This document shows, piece after piece, positions 16,790 through 26,487 of a DNA stretch of 64,000 bases. The DNA lies in the NCBI GenBank assembly GCA_022601195.1, contig JAHZIX010000008.1, positions 167,429-231,428 on the forward strand. Direction: 5' to 3'. The translations under genes and the position numbers were made by a program. This stretch comes from Deltaproteobacteria bacterium (GTDB lineage Bacteria > Acidobacteriota > Thermoanaerobaculia > Multivoradales > JAHZIX01). A model generated the notes under the pieces. It saw only the letters and a list, made by a program, of their open reading frames with translations. It was not told the DNA's origin and did not search any database. Positions within the stretch are counted from its first letter, which is position 1. Each line of letters begins with the position of its first letter.

Positions 16790-17728
16790 TCAAGCGTCCG
16801 CGAGAGCCTTCTCTAGACTCTCGGGCTTCGCCAAACTCCAGCATTTTGTTCCACGGGCGATGCGTCGGTTGAGGCCGGTCAGTACCTTACCGTGACCGAT
16901 CTCCGCGAAGCTCTCGATCTTCCCTTCCGTCGCCATGAAAGCGACACTCTCGGTCCACCGGACCGTCGCATCCACTTGGCGAACCAAAGCATCCCGAGCC
17001 TCCGCTCCGCTCGACACCGGACGGGCATCCACGTTGCAGATCATCGGTACTCGCGGGGTGCGGAATTCCGTCTCTGCTAGGAGAGGAGCCAATGCCTCCC
17101 TCACCGGTGCCATGAGCGGTGAATGGAAAGGGGCAGACACGGTCAGGAGCACCGCCTTGCGGGCCCCCCGTTCCCGAGCCAGGTCCACGGCCCTTTCGAC
17201 AGCGCCACGGTGGCCAGCAATAACGGTCTGCCCCTCGCTGTTGAGATTGGCCAAAGCGCAGACTTCGTCTTGAGCCGCTTCCTGCGCCAGCTGGGAGACC
17301 GTCTCCACATCGAGGGCGATGATCGCCGCCATGGCTCCTTCTCCCACCGGCACCGCATCTTGCATCAATTGGCCGCGACGGCGCACTAGGCGAAGGGCAT
17401 CGCCGAAATCCAGGGCGCCCGCGGCGACCAAGGCGGAATACTCTCCCAAACTATGGCCCGCCATGGCCGCAGCCTCCAGGCCAGCCTCTTTCACAGCTCG
17501 ATAGATTGCTATGGAGGTGGCCAATAGCGCCGGCTGGGTGTTGGCGGTGAGGTTCAATTCCTCTTCCGGGCCTTGCCAACAAAGCTCCGACAATCTCATC
17601 CCGAGAGCGTCGTCAGCTTCTTCAAAGGTCCGCTTGGACGCTTCGAAGGAGTCCGCCCAGGCGCGCCCCATTCCCACCTCCTGGGAGCCCTGGCCGGGGA
17701 AAACAAATGCGATCTTGTCCTGATTCAT
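16790..17728 (-). CDS. fabD: malonyl-CoA:ACP transacylase
   Basis: FPGQGSQ, TQPAL, GHSLGEY, SAPFHS. Confidence 0.97.
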   Translation of the reverse strand: MNQDKIAFVFPGQGSQEVGMGRAWADSFEASKRTFEEADDALGMRLSELCWQGPEEELNLTANTQPALLATSIAIYRAVKEAGLEAAAMAGHSLGEYSALVAAGALDFGDALRLVRRRGQLMQDAVPVGEGAMAAIIALDVETVSQLAQEAAQDEVCALANLNSEGQTVIAGHRGAVERAVDLARERGARKAVLLTVSAPFHSPLMAPVREALAPLLAETEFRTPRVPMICNVDARPVSSGAEARDALVRQVDATVRWTESVAFMATEGKIESFAEIGHGKVLTGLNRRIARGTKCWSLAKPESLEKALADA

Positions 17729-17786
17729 ACAATCTTCCTCGCAAACTCTCGGGGCGCTCTGGGGCCCTCTCGAAAACTCAGTGGGT

Positions 17787-18818
17787 TCAAAGTTCCGAGT
17801 CGCCCAACAGTCGCTTCTCTTCGTTGTGCAACTGAGCCACCTTGGCCCGAATCTTCTCCGGAGTCTCGGCAGCTACGAATTCCTCAGCGCGACGAATTGA
17901 ATTCTTGATGGCAGTGGAGTTGGACCGCCCGTGAGCGATGAAACAACCTCCTCGTAAGCCCAGCAGAGGAGCTGCTCCGTACTCCCGGTAGTCAGTTCGC
18001 TTTGCTAGATCTTCGAAAGCCGGTCGGGCCAACAGAGCTCCGATCTGCCTCAAAGGACTCTTCTGGAGCTCTCTGCGCAACATGGTCTTGATGAGCTCGG
18101 CCACGGCCTCGGCACTCTTGAGTAGAACATTGCCCACGAAACCGTCACAGACGATCACGTCTACAGAACCACTGAAGACGTCTCGCCCTTCGACGTTGCC
18201 TACGAAATTGAGGCCCGTTTCTTGGAGTACCTGGAACGCCACTCGCGTTTTACCGGTTCCCTTCGTTTCTTCTTCACCGATGGACATCAGTCCAATCCTC
18301 GGCGAGTGGATCCCATTGATTTCTTGGGAATAGAAGTGGCCCATGACGGCGAACTCTCTCAGCTGAGATGGCTTGGTGTCGACGTTGGCGCCGACATCGA
18401 GGACGACGGTCCGGCCCTGAGGATTCGGAAACTCTGCCGCCAGGGCTGGTCGATCCACTCCTTCGATGGTACCGAGGACCATCTTGGCGGAGATCATCAC
18501 CGCACCGGTATTGCCAGCGGAGACCATCGCCTGAGCCCGGCCTTTCTTGACCAGATCGGCGCAGATGCGGATAGACGAACGTTTCTTCTTGCGCAGAGGA
18601 GTCACAGCCGGCTCGTCCATGCCGACCACCTCTTCTGCATGAACGATCTCTATCTCTTTTAGAGACGAAGCACCGAGCCGCCGAAGCTCGCTTTCTAGGA
18701 GGGCAGAATTTCCTACCAGCAGGATCTGCGTCCCTTGCTCCCGAGCCACCTGAACGGCTCCGGAAACGACCTCCCGGGGAGCGTGGTCTCCCCCCATGGC
18801 ATCGACGGCAATGAACAT
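17787..18818 (-). CDS. plsX: phosphate acyltransferase PlsX
   Basis: AVDAMGGDHAP, SAGNTGA, LDVGAN, DGFVGN, HGRS. Confidence 0.97.
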   Translation of the reverse strand: MFIAVDAMGGDHAPREVVSGAVQVAREQGTQILLVGNSALLESELRRLGASSLKEIEIVHAEEVVGMDEPAVTPLRKKKRSSIRICADLVKKGRAQAMVSAGNTGAVMISAKMVLGTIEGVDRPALAAEFPNPQGRTVVLDVGANVDTKPSQLREFAVMGHFYSQEINGIHSPRIGLMSIGEEETKGTGKTRVAFQVLQETGLNFVGNVEGRDVFSGSVDVIVCDGFVGNVLLKSAEAVAELIKTMLRRELQKSPLRQIGALLARPAFEDLAKRTDYREYGAAPLLGLRGGCFIAHGRSNSTAIKNSIRRAEEFVAAETPEKIRAKVAQLHNEEKRLLGDSEL

Positions 18819-19056
18819 GACTTTCCCCTGGACTATCCGCAGTCGAGAGCGTCTTTGAGGTTAGATTCCAACGGAGACGCCGGCAGTCTAGCAGACGTTA
18901 GCACGGGGAAAGCGGCTGCCCATGAGAGGTCTCCACCGGCGCTGAAAGATAATGAACCGGCCACCGGCGTGGGCCCTCCGAAGAGAGCCGCTCTGAACAA
19001 AGTACCTCTGAAAAGACGTGGTGATTGCCTTGAGCAGCCACGGGAGCTCGATTCAC

Positions 19057-19242
19057 TCAGATGAGTGACTTGCCTTCGATGACTTCACGTTCCTTGTAGA
19101 AACCGCACTGACGGCAAGCGCGGTGGGGCAACTTGACCTCGCCGCAGTTGGCGCAGGTGGAACCTGCGGGTCGATCCAGGGCATCGTGAGCCCGGCGCCG
19201 GTCACGGCGGGCACTCGAATGACGTCGTTTTGGATTGGGCAT
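19057..19242 (-). CDS. rpmF: 50S ribosomal protein L32 (zinc-ribbon form)
   Basis: MPNPKRRHS...RRAH, CANC, PHRAC..CGFY. Confidence 0.97.
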   Translation of the reverse strand: MPNPKRRHSSARRDRRRAHDALDRPAGSTCANCGEVKLPHRACRQCGFYKEREVIEGKSLI

Positions 19243-19273
19243 GGTACTACCTCTATTTTCTCGTTACTGACTC

Positions 19274-19804
19274 TCAATCGTTCCCAAGAGTGCCTCGAAG
19301 CCCTTTGAGCGCCGCCCATCTTGGGTCGACAACCTGGCTTTCGCAAGAGCAGGAAACCTTGTTTCGGTTCTCTCCGCAATGGGGACACAGCCCCTGACAA
19401 TCTTCCCGACACAACGGTTTCATGGGAACATTGAGTTGCATTTGTTCCAAAAAGATGGGAGCTGTATCCAACTCCTCGCCTACCAGATGGACCACATTGA
19501 GATCCTGCTCGTCCAACTGCTGTTCTTCCTCTTCTGGTTTCCCAGGTCGAGAAATAATTAGCAGATTCACTGCCGTAGAAATCGCCTCTTCAACCTCCCC
19601 GAGACATCGGCCACAAGCCAAGGTTTGCCGATAATCCAAACTGCCGCTCAAATAGTGACCGGGGTCGGTAAAATCGCACCGTCCTTGCCAGCGCGGAGCG
19701 CTGAGGGCGACGAGACCTGCATCTGCGAGGAACTCAGGAGCGATCTCCAGGGTTTCCTCCCATTCAAGAGGCTGGTCGCGAATGCGGTCGAGCTGAATAA
19801 GCAT
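19274..19804 (-). CDS. yceD: YceD/DUF177 protein
   Basis: CGRC, PMKPLCREDCQGLCPHCG, DPRW; upstream of rpmF. Confidence 0.93.
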   Translation of the reverse strand: MLIQLDRIRDQPLEWEETLEIAPEFLADAGLVALSAPRWQGRCDFTDPGHYLSGSLDYRQTLACGRCLGEVEEAISTAVNLLIISRPGKPEEEEQQLDEQDLNVVHLVGEELDTAPIFLEQMQLNVPMKPLCREDCQGLCPHCGENRNKVSCSCESQVVDPRWAALKGLRGTLGND

Positions 19805-19963
19805 AGGCGCAGTCTCCCCAGAGACAAGATGGCAGCTTACGCGAAGGTCTCTCGAGTGTCAATCCGGCAGGCCTAGAGAAATAGCCTTGCAGAAGCTGAC
19901 TCAAGAAGTCGTCGCATCCCTCGCCAGAACCTCCTGGCTGCTCTCAGGGCTCGAAAAGGAAGC

Positions 19964-21274
19964 CTATGGAGGAGTAAGACGCAACTCTACGAAAGCGGGT
20001 CTCGGCGAAATCACCAAACTTGCCTCAGCGAAGCGCCCAACAGGCTCGAGGAGCTGCCGAAGGGCCTGAAGGCGATCCAGCTCGGTACGAGTCAACGGCA
20101 GTAGAGACTCAAGGGCCGCTTCGACCTCTCCTAGGTTCCTCAACACTCCTGCCGGTCTCGCTCGAGCGGAAAGGCCGAGGGATACCCCTTGCCAGGATTC
20201 GAGAACCTTCTCAAGCCCTGGTACCAAGAAAGCTGCGGTATCGAAGTTCGATTGCCCACTGGCCAACACATACCAACCGGAAGCGCGACCGCTATAGCTA
20301 TCTTCCCCAAGCAAAGCAGAAACTCCAAGACCGGTCATGGGGAGCCGCCGCGACGGATCCCCATTGAGAATCGCAAAACCACCCGTCTGTCCGCTTTGCT
20401 CCCCGTCGAACAACACCAATGCCTGGGCGCCTGGAGATGGAGCGTCTAAGGATTGAGTGCCTGAGGATTGGGCACTGGCAGACGAGACTCGAGCGAGCCC
20501 CAATAAGGCAAGGGTACTGCCAAACAGCTCTTTCGGCAGGGCCGAGACGGCCGAACTCGCGTCGAGAGCGCGGTCTTTTGCACCGCCGCGAAGAACGAGA
20601 TCTTCCGATTCTCGGAAAAGAGCGTAGCCCCCTGGCGGTACTGTCTCCAGCCGGTCGTCGATGGCCCCTGCTGCCAGCCACGGCTGTTCTCCCGTCGGCA
20701 ACTCAGCTACGTTTTCCTGTTTCCGGTGGTCTCCCGCCGTGGCGATCCACGAGGAACCCCGCCAGGAAACCGTCACCAGTCCCTGTGGAAGCTCCACGAC
20801 TCCTCCGGACAGCCAAGGATTTCCGGCAACCTTCCCGGCCAACCGTGCGAAGGCCGCCAAGGCGGGGTAGACCCTGGCAGTCGCGATGAAGACTCCCTCA
20901 TCTGGGTCGGCGGCCAGCAGCAGCTCCTTGGAGGGCGGTACCGGAAAGGGCCCGAACCCGGGGAACTTCAAATCCGAAATTCGCGCCACCTGAGCCGCAG
21001 CCGTGGCGAAGCCTCTCAGATCCCCATCCCCGTCTCCCAGAGCTGCCAGGTTCTGGTGAGGGAAAGGTAACCAAAGCCAGAGAGGATAGGTTCTCTGCGC
21101 CAAAATTCTTTCTGGAAGCTTGGCGGCAGAGAACTCCGCAGCCCGTTCCTGAGGCAGGTACCAATAGTGGATGTGGAAGAACGCCGCGAGGAAAAACAAG
21201 ACGGATAGCCACAGCCAGGGAGAACGCCATCTGGGCCTCGTCCCGACAGAAATGTCTCCCTCTTTTTTCCCCAT
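19964..21274 (-). CDS. hypothetical protein with N-terminal membrane anchor
   Basis: 436-aa ORF, one TM (WLWLSVLFFLAAFFHIHYWYLP); no motif recognised. Confidence 0.7.
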   Translation of the reverse strand: MGKKEGDISVGTRPRWRSPWLWLSVLFFLAAFFHIHYWYLPQERAAEFSAAKLPERILAQRTYPLWLWLPFPHQNLAALGDGDGDLRGFATAAAQVARISDLKFPGFGPFPVPPSKELLLAADPDEGVFIATARVYPALAAFARLAGKVAGNPWLSGGVVELPQGLVTVSWRGSSWIATAGDHRKQENVAELPTGEQPWLAAGAIDDRLETVPPGGYALFRESEDLVLRGGAKDRALDASSAVSALPKELFGSTLALLGLARVSSASAQSSGTQSLDAPSPGAQALVLFDGEQSGQTGGFAILNGDPSRRLPMTGLGVSALLGEDSYSGRASGWYVLASGQSNFDTAAFLVPGLEKVLESWQGVSLGLSARARPAGVLRNLGEVEAALESLLPLTRTELDRLQALRQLLEPVGRFAEASLVISPRPAFVELRLTPP

Positions 21275-21370
21275 TCGGAGACTCTAACAAGGGGACCTCT
21301 AGGACGCCAATGGCACTTCTCCACTTCCTCCCTAGGGCAGGCGAGGCTATTATCACCGCCGCGGGAACTC

Positions 21371-22678
21371 ATGAAGAAGCTCAAGAAACGCCTGCATCCG
21401 GCGTATATCTGGTTGCGATATCACTTTGGCATCGCCGGGCCGCGGCGGATCGCTGCTACAGGTCAGCGGATCGCTGCTACCTGGAAGTGGATACGGCAGA
21501 TGAGCCACTCGGTGCGGCAGCGACGCCGCGACGAGCGGCTCACCGTTGCTGTTGACATCTCTTCTTTTTGGGAACCGTTGACTGGAATCGGTTGGTATCT
21601 CTATCGCCTCCTCGAACATCTGGCGGATCGGGATGACGTTCGCCTTCGCCTCTACGGCCCCTTCCTGATCGATGGTGAGCCCTACCCCCAAGCCGTCGTC
21701 CCCCCGCCGGAGGGACCCGCCTTGGAGGTCGTCGCCTACCACGTCCCTGATCAGCTGCTCTTTTCCCGTGGATTCATCCAGAAATGGCTGCAGAAGGCTC
21801 GCCCCTTGTGGATCGCTGCCGACAGGAATCGAGTTATCTTCGCTCCCAACTATGTCCCCCCGCCGGCCTTTTTTCTCAGCCGAGGAAAACGTGTCGCCAC
21901 CGTACACGACCTCGGATTCGTCAAGGTGCCTTGGACTCTTCAACAAGCGACGTTGGAAGAGCTCACCGCCAAGCTCGGTCAGACCTTTCGACGAGCTGCT
22001 CATATCATCACTCCGAGTCGAGCGGTGCGCCAAGAGATTGTTGACGCCGGCTATGCTGCGGCCGATCGCATCACCGCCGTACACCACGGGCCCGGCCAGC
22101 TCTCCACGACCACCGCGGGAGAAGTCCCAACTGGATGCCCCAAAGCATTTGCCCTTCACGTCGGCACCATCGAGCCTCGCAAGAACATCATCACCCTCCT
22201 GGAAGCTTGGGAGCAGTTGCAGAAAGAGGGAGCCGACCTACCTTTGGTGCTCTGCGGCCGCTTCGGCTGGAAATCCGATGAGCTGAAGGCAAAGATCGAG
22301 AAGGCCCAGGAAGAGGGTTGGGTCCACCACTTTGGCTACGTCGAAAACAGCCAACTCGCGGCTCTCTACGAATCGGCTACCCTGGTGGTTTTCCCCTCTC
22401 TCTACGAGGGTTTTGGCCTGCCGGCCATCGAGGCTCTGTGGGCCGGCGCCCCGCTACTGGCCAGCGACATTCCCGTATTGCGGGAAGTAGCGGCGGACGC
22501 GGCCCTCTACGCAGACCCCGAGACACCAGAAGAATGGGTCCGTCAAGCTCGCCTGGTGGCAGAAGACGAAGACCTGCGTGCGGACCTAGCCCGCCGCGGG
22601 CGTCAAAGGGCGGGGGTCTTCGACTGGCAGCGGGCAGCCGAAGAGACTCTCGCCGTGTGGCGCGGTGTTGCTCGGTAA
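21371..22678 (+). CDS. GT4 glycosyltransferase
   Basis: [34 protein letters not shown]. Confidence 0.92.
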   Translation: MKKLKKRLHPAYIWLRYHFGIAGPRRIAATGQRIAATWKWIRQMSHSVRQRRRDERLTVAVDISSFWEPLTGIGWYLYRLLEHLADRDDVRLRLYGPFLIDGEPYPQAVVPPPEGPALEVVAYHVPDQLLFSRGFIQKWLQKARPLWIAADRNRVIFAPNYVPPPAFFLSRGKRVATVHDLGFVKVPWTLQQATLEELTAKLGQTFRRAAHIITPSRAVRQEIVDAGYAAADRITAVHHGPGQLSTTTAGEVPTGCPKAFALHVGTIEPRKNIITLLEAWEQLQKEGADLPLVLCGRFGWKSDELKAKIEKAQEEGWVHHFGYVENSQLAALYESATLVVFPSLYEGFGLPAIEALWAGAPLLASDIPVLREVAADAALYADPETPEEWVRQARLVAEDEDLRADLARRGRQRAGVFDWQRAAEETLAVWRGVAR

Positions 22679-22843
22679 GCGGCGTCTCTCGGTAAGCGGT
22701 GACGCCAGCTAGGTAGGGATGCTGAACAAATCGTGTTGCCAAATAGGATTGTGGCTTTACCGATCAGCAGATGACCTCTATTTCCTGAAGGTATCTCATT
22801 TCCTGAATGCATTTCGATCCCATTGCATTATTATGGCGCCTTC

Positions 22844-23965
22844 ATGCCCTCTCCCCCCACTGTCGCTGTCGATCTACGCGCCCTCGTTCCGGCGGCCACC
22901 GGCATCGGCGTCTACACTCGTTCCCTGCTTGGCGCCCTCGCTCACAGTGAAGCACTGAACTATCTCGGAGTATCCCACCAGCCCATTCGGTCTCCAGAAG
23001 CACTGAGAGATCTCGGAGTGTCCCTGGAATCTCACCCAGCACCCCTGGGAGTACTCTGGCAACAGTTGAAGCTACCGAAACGCCTGGAGCACAGCGCAGC
23101 GGAGCTCTTCTGGTCTCCTTTGGGAACCCTGCCCTGGCGGCTCCCGGTGCCATCCGTGGTCACTGTCCACGACCTCACCGTTCTCACCCACCCGGAAACC
23201 CACAGCCTCAAAGTTCGGCTCAGCATGCGTCCATTTTTAGGCCGCTCCCTGGCCCAATCGTCCGCAATCGTCGCCATCTCCCAGGCCACGGCATCGGACC
23301 TACGCCGCATCTATCCCCGCTGTGCCGACCGCCTTCATGTGGTCTACAACGGTGTCGATCCCACTTTTCAGCCCGCCGACGACCAAGAGATCGAGGCATT
23401 CCGGAAGCGGTTGGGCTGCCCCCAGGGCTACATTCTCTACGTCGGTACCCTGGAGCCCCGGAAGAATGTCGGCACTCTCCTCGAGGCCTGGGCGGGACTG
23501 AAGCAAGATCACCCGGAAACGCCTCCCCTGGTCATTGCTGGCGCTGCAGGTTGGCGCAACAAAGCTCTGCTCCAAAGAATCCGTGAATTGGAAGGCCTCG
23601 GTCTTCGGCACCTGGGACATTTACCTCGGGAAGATCTGATCCGCCTCTATCAAAGCGCAGCGGTTTTCGCCTATCCCTCTCTATACGAAGGCTTTGGCCT
23701 ACCCCCATTAGAAGCTATGGCCTGCGGCGTACCTACCGTGGTTTCTAACGTATCCTCTCTGCCGGAGGTTGTCGGAGACGCAGGCCTTCAGGTCGCTCCT
23801 CGGGACACCCAAGCTCTCGGCAGGAGCCTTCGCGATGTCCTGTCCCAACCGGACCTCTCAGTGCGGCTATCGCGGTCCGGTCCCTCGAGAGCGCGGCGCT
23901 TCTCCTGGGAGAGATCGGCTCGGGAGATGGAAAGGATCTTTCTCGAGGTTCTCGGAACCCCCTGA
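22844..23965 (+). CDS. GT4 glycosyltransferase
   Basis: [34 protein letters not shown]. Confidence 0.92.
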   Translation: MPSPPTVAVDLRALVPAATGIGVYTRSLLGALAHSEALNYLGVSHQPIRSPEALRDLGVSLESHPAPLGVLWQQLKLPKRLEHSAAELFWSPLGTLPWRLPVPSVVTVHDLTVLTHPETHSLKVRLSMRPFLGRSLAQSSAIVAISQATASDLRRIYPRCADRLHVVYNGVDPTFQPADDQEIEAFRKRLGCPQGYILYVGTLEPRKNVGTLLEAWAGLKQDHPETPPLVIAGAAGWRNKALLQRIRELEGLGLRHLGHLPREDLIRLYQSAAVFAYPSLYEGFGLPPLEAMACGVPTVVSNVSSLPEVVGDAGLQVAPRDTQALGRSLRDVLSQPDLSVRLSRSGPSRARRFSWERSAREMERIFLEVLGTP

Positions 23966-24016
23966 AATCACGTTACAATAGCGACGCTACCCTTCTCCTA
24001 ACCGGGGCCTTAACTC

Positions 24017-25213
24017 TTGCCATACACCATCGGTATCGACGCCCGCAAACTCCAGGATTTCGGAATCGGGACCTATATCCGGAATCTGGTCTACGGCTTG
24101 GCTGAAATCGACCAAGAGAACAACTACGTCCTCTTCGCCGGAGCCCAACGCCGAGATGCTCTCGGCGACCTCCCCGAGAATTTCCGCATCGTCACCGAGC
24201 GCTCCCCGGTTTATTCGATTCGAGAGCTCCTGGCTCTTTCCTGGAAGCTGTTTCGCCTCGACTTGGACCTCTACCACGCCACCCACTATGTTCTACCGGC
24301 CATCAACACCTGCCGAGTGGTGGTGACCATTCACGACATCATCCACCTTTTGTACCCGGAGTACCTGCCCAATCGGCTAGCCTTCTTCTATGCCCAGCGG
24401 ATGATTCGCCGCAGCCTCGCCCGGGGCGACCGTATTCTCACCGTATCGAAAAACACCCGTTCCGACCTCATGCGCTACTTCGACGTCGACGGCGAGAAAA
24501 TTCAAGCGATCTACAATGGTGTCGACGATGCTTTTCGAGCCCCGGTGCCCACTCCGGACCTCGACCGGTGGCTGAAAAACTTGGACATCCCCCGCCCCTA
24601 CCTGCTGTTCGTCGGCAATCCCAAGCCCCACAAGAACTTGGAGAACGTACTCCGGGCCTACGCCCAAGCCCTAAAGACTCACGCCTTCGACGGACCCCTG
24701 GTGTGCGTCGGCGATCGTGGCAACAGCGAATTCAAATTGCGGCAAATCGCCGACCAACTAGGGATCGGCGACCGCCTCTTGCTGCTGGGTCACGTCGCCC
24801 AGGAAGCCCTACCAGCGATCTACCAGGGAGCGACGTTGTTCCTTTACCCCACCCTCTATGAAGGATTCGGCCTCCCCGTCGTGGAAGCGATGGCTTCCGG
24901 GGTGGCGGTGATCACTTCCAACAATTCTGCTCTCAAAGAGGTGGCGGAAGGGTACGCGCACTTGGTCAACCCCCTGGACGTAGACGGCATTGCGCAAGCC
25001 ATCGCCCACTGCATGGAAGATGAAGACCACCGCGCTGCCCTGGCCAAATTGGGCAGACGCCGTGCCTCGGATTTCCAGTGGAAGCGCACCGCCGAGCAAA
25101 CTCTGGAGGCCTACCTCCAGACCATTCGCCAACATGAAGGCTCAGGTTCCAAGGGATCCAGTGACCGAGGCCCAGCCGCCAGAAACGTAACGGTGGATCA
25201 GGATCTATCGTGA
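24017..25213 (+). CDS. GT4 glycosyltransferase
   Basis: IDARK..FGIGTY, TIHD, KPHKN, EGFGLPVVEAM; TTG start. Confidence 0.92.
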   Translation: MPYTIGIDARKLQDFGIGTYIRNLVYGLAEIDQENNYVLFAGAQRRDALGDLPENFRIVTERSPVYSIRELLALSWKLFRLDLDLYHATHYVLPAINTCRVVVTIHDIIHLLYPEYLPNRLAFFYAQRMIRRSLARGDRILTVSKNTRSDLMRYFDVDGEKIQAIYNGVDDAFRAPVPTPDLDRWLKNLDIPRPYLLFVGNPKPHKNLENVLRAYAQALKTHAFDGPLVCVGDRGNSEFKLRQIADQLGIGDRLLLLGHVAQEALPAIYQGATLFLYPTLYEGFGLPVVEAMASGVAVITSNNSALKEVAEGYAHLVNPLDVDGIAQAIAHCMEDEDHRAALAKLGRRRASDFQWKRTAEQTLEAYLQTIRQHEGSGSKGSSDRGPAARNVTVDQDLS

Positions 25214-26487
25214 TGCCGACCCCCAACCCTGGCATCGAGGAAACCTCAGAGCAAGCGACGCAGCCACTTCGGGTTGCCCTAGTGCACGATTGGCTCACCG
25301 GAATGCGAGGGGGAGAAAAAGTCCTCGAGACTCTTGGAGGACTTTTCCCACAAGCTCCGATTTTCACCCTCTTTCACTTCCAAGGTAGCGTCAGCAAGAC
25401 TCTGGAGGCACACCCAATACACACCAGCTTTCTCCAGAATGCGCCTTTTCTGAGACGTTACTACCGACGCTATCTCCCCGTGTTTCCCATCGCTGTAGAA
25501 GATTTGAATCTGGCAGGTTTCGACCTCATCGTCAGCACCAGCCACTGCGTTGCCAAGGGCATTCTTCCCCCACCGGGAGCTCGCCACGTATGTTATTGCC
25601 ACACTCCAATGCGCTACGCCTGGGACCAGGAGAGAGCCTATTTCCCCAACCGGAAAGGCTGGCTAGCCCGCTTTCGGGGAGCTATTCTTTCGGCTCTACG
25701 AACCTGGGATGCGGCTTCCGCTTCGCGAGTCGACGTCTTCGTTGCCAATTCTCGCTTTGTGGCGGAGAGAGTTAAGCGGTATTATGGGAGGTCGGCATGG
25801 GTCGTGCCGCCGCCCGTGGAAGTAGATTTCTACACGCCATTGGAGGAAAGCGACTCGTCGGAAGAAGTCATTTCACCAGGTTCGGAAAGGGAAAGGGCTC
25901 CTCAGGAGTCCACGGCAAGCTCTCGGGACGGAGGAGACTCCACCGCCGTAGACAAGGAAGATGGCTATCTCTTGGTCGTTTCCGCTCTGGCTCCCTACAA
26001 ACGTCTCGAGGTAGCTATCCGAGCGTGTGAACGAAGAGGCTTGCCCTTGAGAATCGTCGGGACCGGGCCAGAAGAAAAGCGACTTCGCCGGGAAGCAGGG
26101 CCTCAGACCCAGTTCCTGGGTCGAGTCAGCGCGGAGCGGCTTAGAGAGCTATACCGAGGAGCCCTCTTTCTGCTCCAGCCGGGAGTCGAAGACTTCGGTA
26201 TCGCTCCTGTTGAAGCCCTCGCCTGCGGCACTCCGGTCATAGCTGCCGGACGGGGCGGAGTCCTCGATATCGTCGAAGACGGAGTCCATGGAGTCCTCTA
26301 CGGAGGTTCTTTGGAGGAAGCGGAGTTGCTCGAAGCGATTGACAAGGCGAGTCAGATCCGATTCAATAACTTGGACTTACGACACAAAGCAGAACAATTT
26401 TCATCCGCGAGTTTTCTTCTGCGCATGAAAAGGGTCCTCTCAGAAGATCGACCGGATCAACACGAGAGCCAGGAACCAAAGCTGTGA
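25210..26487 (+). CDS. GT4 glycosyltransferase (WbaZ-like mannosyltransferase type)
   Basis: VALVHDWLTGMRGGEKV, YCHTPMRYAWD, EDFGIAPVEA. Confidence 0.9.
   Translation: MMPTPNPGIEETSEQATQPLRVALVHDWLTGMRGGEKVLETLGGLFPQAPIFTLFHFQGSVSKTLEAHPIHTSFLQNAPFLRRYYRRYLPVFPIAVEDLNLAGFDLIVSTSHCVAKGILPPPGARHVCYCHTPMRYAWDQERAYFPNRKGWLARFRGAILSALRTWDAASASRVDVFVANSRFVAERVKRYYGRSAWVVPPPVEVDFYTPLEESDSSEEVISPGSERERAPQESTASSRDGGDSTAVDKEDGYLLVVSALAPYKRLEVAIRACERRGLPLRIVGTGPEEKRLRREAGPQTQFLGRVSAERLRELYRGALFLLQPGVEDFGIAPVEALACGTPVIAAGRGGVLDIVEDGVHGVLYGGSLEEAELLEAIDKASQIRFNNLDLRHKAEQFSSASFLLRMKRVLSEDRPDQHESQEPKL
26339..26367 (+). promoter_or_regulatory. possible internal sigma70 promoter upstream of the priming glycosyltransferase
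   Basis: TTGACA, 17-nt spacer, TTCAAT, ~115 nt before GTG 26484. Confidence 0.4.

Noticed and set aside
21445-21480. 15-bp direct repeat in the GT4 N-terminus (RIAAT x2); likewise (ADQKP)x3 near 54515-54557
   Set aside because: Short in-frame duplications in non-catalytic leaders with no sign of wider significance
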